Positions 34,597 through 36,551 of a stretch of DNA of 36,551 bases are shown here, in pieces. Each line of letters starts with the position of its first letter. Within the stretch, counting starts at the first letter, position 1. A model generated the notes under the pieces. It saw only the letters and a program-made list of their open reading frames with translations. It was not told the DNA's origin and searched no databases. A program made the translations under genes and the position numbers. Origin of the DNA: a virus. Its lineage: Duplodnaviria > Caudoviricetes. Location: IMG/VR virus record IMGVR_UViG_3300011335_000496, positions 1-36,551 of that record. The stretch is one strand, 5' to 3'.

Positions 34597-34730
34597 TTGT
34601 TAATCCACTTCCCAATACACTCAAACAGCGTGACGATCAGATAGGTGAGGATGATAAAACCCCAGAACGCCACATTAAGAATCACGACTGCAAGCACTAT
34701 CCCCACGGCTATTTTTAATGCTAGTATCAT
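34593..34730 (-). CDS. Small membrane protein (45 aa, MILALKIAVG...)
   Basis: ATGA overlap with terS; almost entirely hydrophobic. Confidence 0.65.
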   Translation of the reverse strand: MILALKIAVGIVLAVVILNVAFWGFIILTYLIVTLFECIGKWINK

Positions 34731-35326
34731 TTGAACTCGCCCTCGGCCTTCTGGATGGTGATAAAGATTTGATCTACCCCTTCTTGAATCGCCACCTTCG
34801 CGCACTCCGGGTCGGAGGGATTGGCTCGGGCTGAAAGAGAGGAGGGCATAGCGTCCATTAGGTTGCGGATTGCTCCAAACCAAGTTGTGATAAACTCCCG
34901 CACTTCGTCCATTCTAATCGTCTGCCTTGTCGTTTCCTCATACCTAGCGTGTTCCATTTCGGCTTCTGATACTCGCTTCTTGGCTTCGCCCCATCCATTG
35001 ATTGCAGACCGCATCGCAACTGGATTCTCGGCGTTCTTTGCTTTCACCACTAGATCGTAGGCGGCCACTTCTATTTTCTTTGACCTCTCCAATCTTCCCA
35101 AGGAATTTACCAATCTGAATGAGCTTGCGTCTAATTCTTTCTGTGGCTCGGAGGACGGCAACGATTTCGGAAGGGTGGGGCTGAAGGTGCTTACCCTTGT
35201 TTGATTTGCCAGCCTCCATCGTTGAGCGTCCGATTCGGAAGTGAGAGGCATCCCCCGCTTTACCATCCTTGAGAGTTGCCCCTTGTCTATGCCCCATTTT
35301 TCTCGGAGTTCTTTTTGCGTAATCAT
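34727..35326 (-). CDS. terS: Terminase small subunit (Nu1-like)
   Basis: N-terminal wHTH ITQKEL..KWGIDKGQLSRMVKRGMP plus coiled coil; upstream of terL. Confidence 0.85.
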   Translation of the reverse strand: MITQKELREKWGIDKGQLSRMVKRGMPLTSESDAQRWRLANQTRVSTFSPTLPKSLPSSEPQKELDASSFRLVNSLGRLERSKKIEVAAYDLVVKAKNAENPVAMRSAINGWGEAKKRVSEAEMEHARYEETTRQTIRMDEVREFITTWFGAIRNLMDAMPSSLSARANPSDPECAKVAIQEGVDQIFITIQKAEGEFK

Positions 35327-35359
35327 TGGCTAGGGCTATGGCAGAGGGATAGTCCTCGT

Positions 35360-36481
35360 TCATTTGGCAAGCGTGGCCTTCTTGTTGGTGAGGTTTTCCC
35401 ATCGCTTCACTATCACATCGCAGTAGTTGGGACTGATTTCAATAATTCTGGCCTGTTTCTTCATTCTTTCGCAAGCCAATACAGTTCCGCCAGACCCACC
35501 AAAAAAATCTATAACTATTTTTTTATCGGTATGAGATTTCAAGCAATATTCTATTAGTTCAGTTGGTTTAATTGTTGGATGAAATTTCTGTATTTCTCTT
35601 TTGCATTCGAAAACATTCGACCCATAAAAAGGATTCCCGTTGTCTCCCCAATACCAGATAAATTCGTGACAAGGTTCATATCTGTGCATTCTGTGTTGAA
35701 TTGGTTTAATCCAAACAATGCAATTCTTGGGGCTTCCTAGTTCTGATGTTGCGCCTAAAAACTTTTTTGCAGTTTTAGAGTCGCCACAAATATAGGCGGT
35801 GTCTACTCTAACATTTGCGATTGCGTCTTTAATGACTTGTGCAAATTCATCTCCATCGTTTTCTATCGATTCCCCATTTGATTTTTTAACATAGTTAAAT
35901 CCATATGGGGGATCGGTGAAAACCATATCTGCTTTTTCCCCATTCATCAGTTTCGCTACATCTTCTGCTTTTGTTGAGTCCCCACAAAGCACCCTATGTT
36001 CCCCAAGAAGCCACAAGTCACCCAGCTTGGTAATCGCATCCACCGGAACCTCTGGCACTTCGTCCTCCTCTATTGGATGCACGGATTCCATCATTTCGGC
36101 GATTTCATCCATAGCAAAACCCGTTACTTCCATATCTAGATCGCCTGTGTCGATTTCCTCTAGGATGTCTTTGAGCATAGGCATATCAAACTCTCCGCTT
36201 AGTTTGTTCAATGCGATGTTGGCCGCCTTCTCCTTCTGCTCGCTAAGATCGACCGCCCACACTTCCACCTCGGTCTTGCCCATCGCTTGATAAACTTTGA
36301 GCCTTTGATGGCCTCCAACCACATTTCCAGTTCGAGCGTTCCAAGTGATCGGCTGAATATTTCCAAACTCAGCGAGGCTTTTTGTTAGCCTTCCCATCGA
36401 CTCATCGCTGATGGTTCGTGGGTTGTATTTTGATGGTGAGATTTCAATGATTTTTTTAATTAGCAAGCAAGGGTAGTTCAT
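35360..36481 (-). CDS. ParB/Srx-domain plus N6-adenine/N4-cytosine DNA methyltransferase
   Basis: YNPR...VVGGHQRL ParB; HRVLCGDS, VFTDPPY, HPTIKP, DFFGGSG. Confidence 0.93.
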   Translation of the reverse strand: MNYPCLLIKKIIEISPSKYNPRTISDESMGRLTKSLAEFGNIQPITWNARTGNVVGGHQRLKVYQAMGKTEVEVWAVDLSEQKEKAANIALNKLSGEFDMPMLKDILEEIDTGDLDMEVTGFAMDEIAEMMESVHPIEEDEVPEVPVDAITKLGDLWLLGEHRVLCGDSTKAEDVAKLMNGEKADMVFTDPPYGFNYVKKSNGESIENDGDEFAQVIKDAIANVRVDTAYICGDSKTAKKFLGATSELGSPKNCIVWIKPIQHRMHRYEPCHEFIWYWGDNGNPFYGSNVFECKREIQKFHPTIKPTELIEYCLKSHTDKKIVIDFFGGSGGTVLACERMKKQARIIEISPNYCDVIVKRWENLTNKKATLAK

Positions 36482-36551
36482 CTTTTCTTAATCCTTTGTT
36501 GATGCAAGAGTTTCTAAGTCAACTCGCACAAAATAATCGCGCCTCGGAACC

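Larger units (their letters stand above)
1..36551 (-). mobile_element. Tailed dsDNA bacteriophage (siphovirus-like), probably a near-complete genome
   Basis: Full terS/terL/gpW/portal/protease/MCP/tail/TMP/lysis/replication gene set, all on one strand, with no host genes. Confidence 0.95.

Noticed and set aside
34944-35402. 152-aa ORF overlapping terS
   Set aside because: It has no recognisable motifs; terS explains the region.
196-36290. Many plus-strand ORFs in the ORF track (e.g. 1942..2745, 21744..22223, 35916..36290)
   Set aside because: They are antisense shadows of well-supported minus-strand genes, with no motifs or start signals.
1-36551. Stop-codon reassignment
   Set aside because: Genes tile fully under the standard code, and TAA, TGA and TAG all end genes.
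1-36551. tRNA or rRNA genes
   Set aside because: Intergenic gaps are nearly all under 60 nt and none shows a cloverleaf or T-loop signature.

Overview
This window looks like a near-complete ~36.5 kb tailed dsDNA phage genome (lambda/HK97-like siphovirus layout). Essentially all real genes lie on the minus strand and are tiled by ATGA/TGATG overlaps. In transcription order (right to left) it holds: a ParB-fused N6/N4 DNA methyltransferase, terS, HNH, GpA-type terL and gpW; a 1455-aa portal with about five extra C-terminal domains; a protease with a nested scaffold, a decoration protein and the major capsid protein; a glycosyltransferase/methyltransferase cluster; neck and tail genes with a GGGAAAC -1 frameshift; a holin/spanin/M15 endolysin cassette (diderm host); a metallophosphoesterase; an early region of small repeat-bounded genes; a minimal ligase-like nucleotidyltransferase, nuclease and ssDNA-annealing protein; a replication initiator with internal iterons; and a C5 cytosine methyltransferase with a full-length overlapping second ORF. 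I found no integrase, repressor, tRNA or CRISPR array. The most interesting items are (1) the two-frame, apparently cassette-built C5-MTase together with near-total avoidance of CCWGG, GCWGC and CGCG; (2) the portal polyprotein with repeat-bounded zincin cassettes; (3) two start-codon-linked motifs, TTGACA-N12-17-ATG and GAAATCCT; and (4) a probable virion glycosylation cluster. All calls come from reading motifs by eye; no database searches were run.
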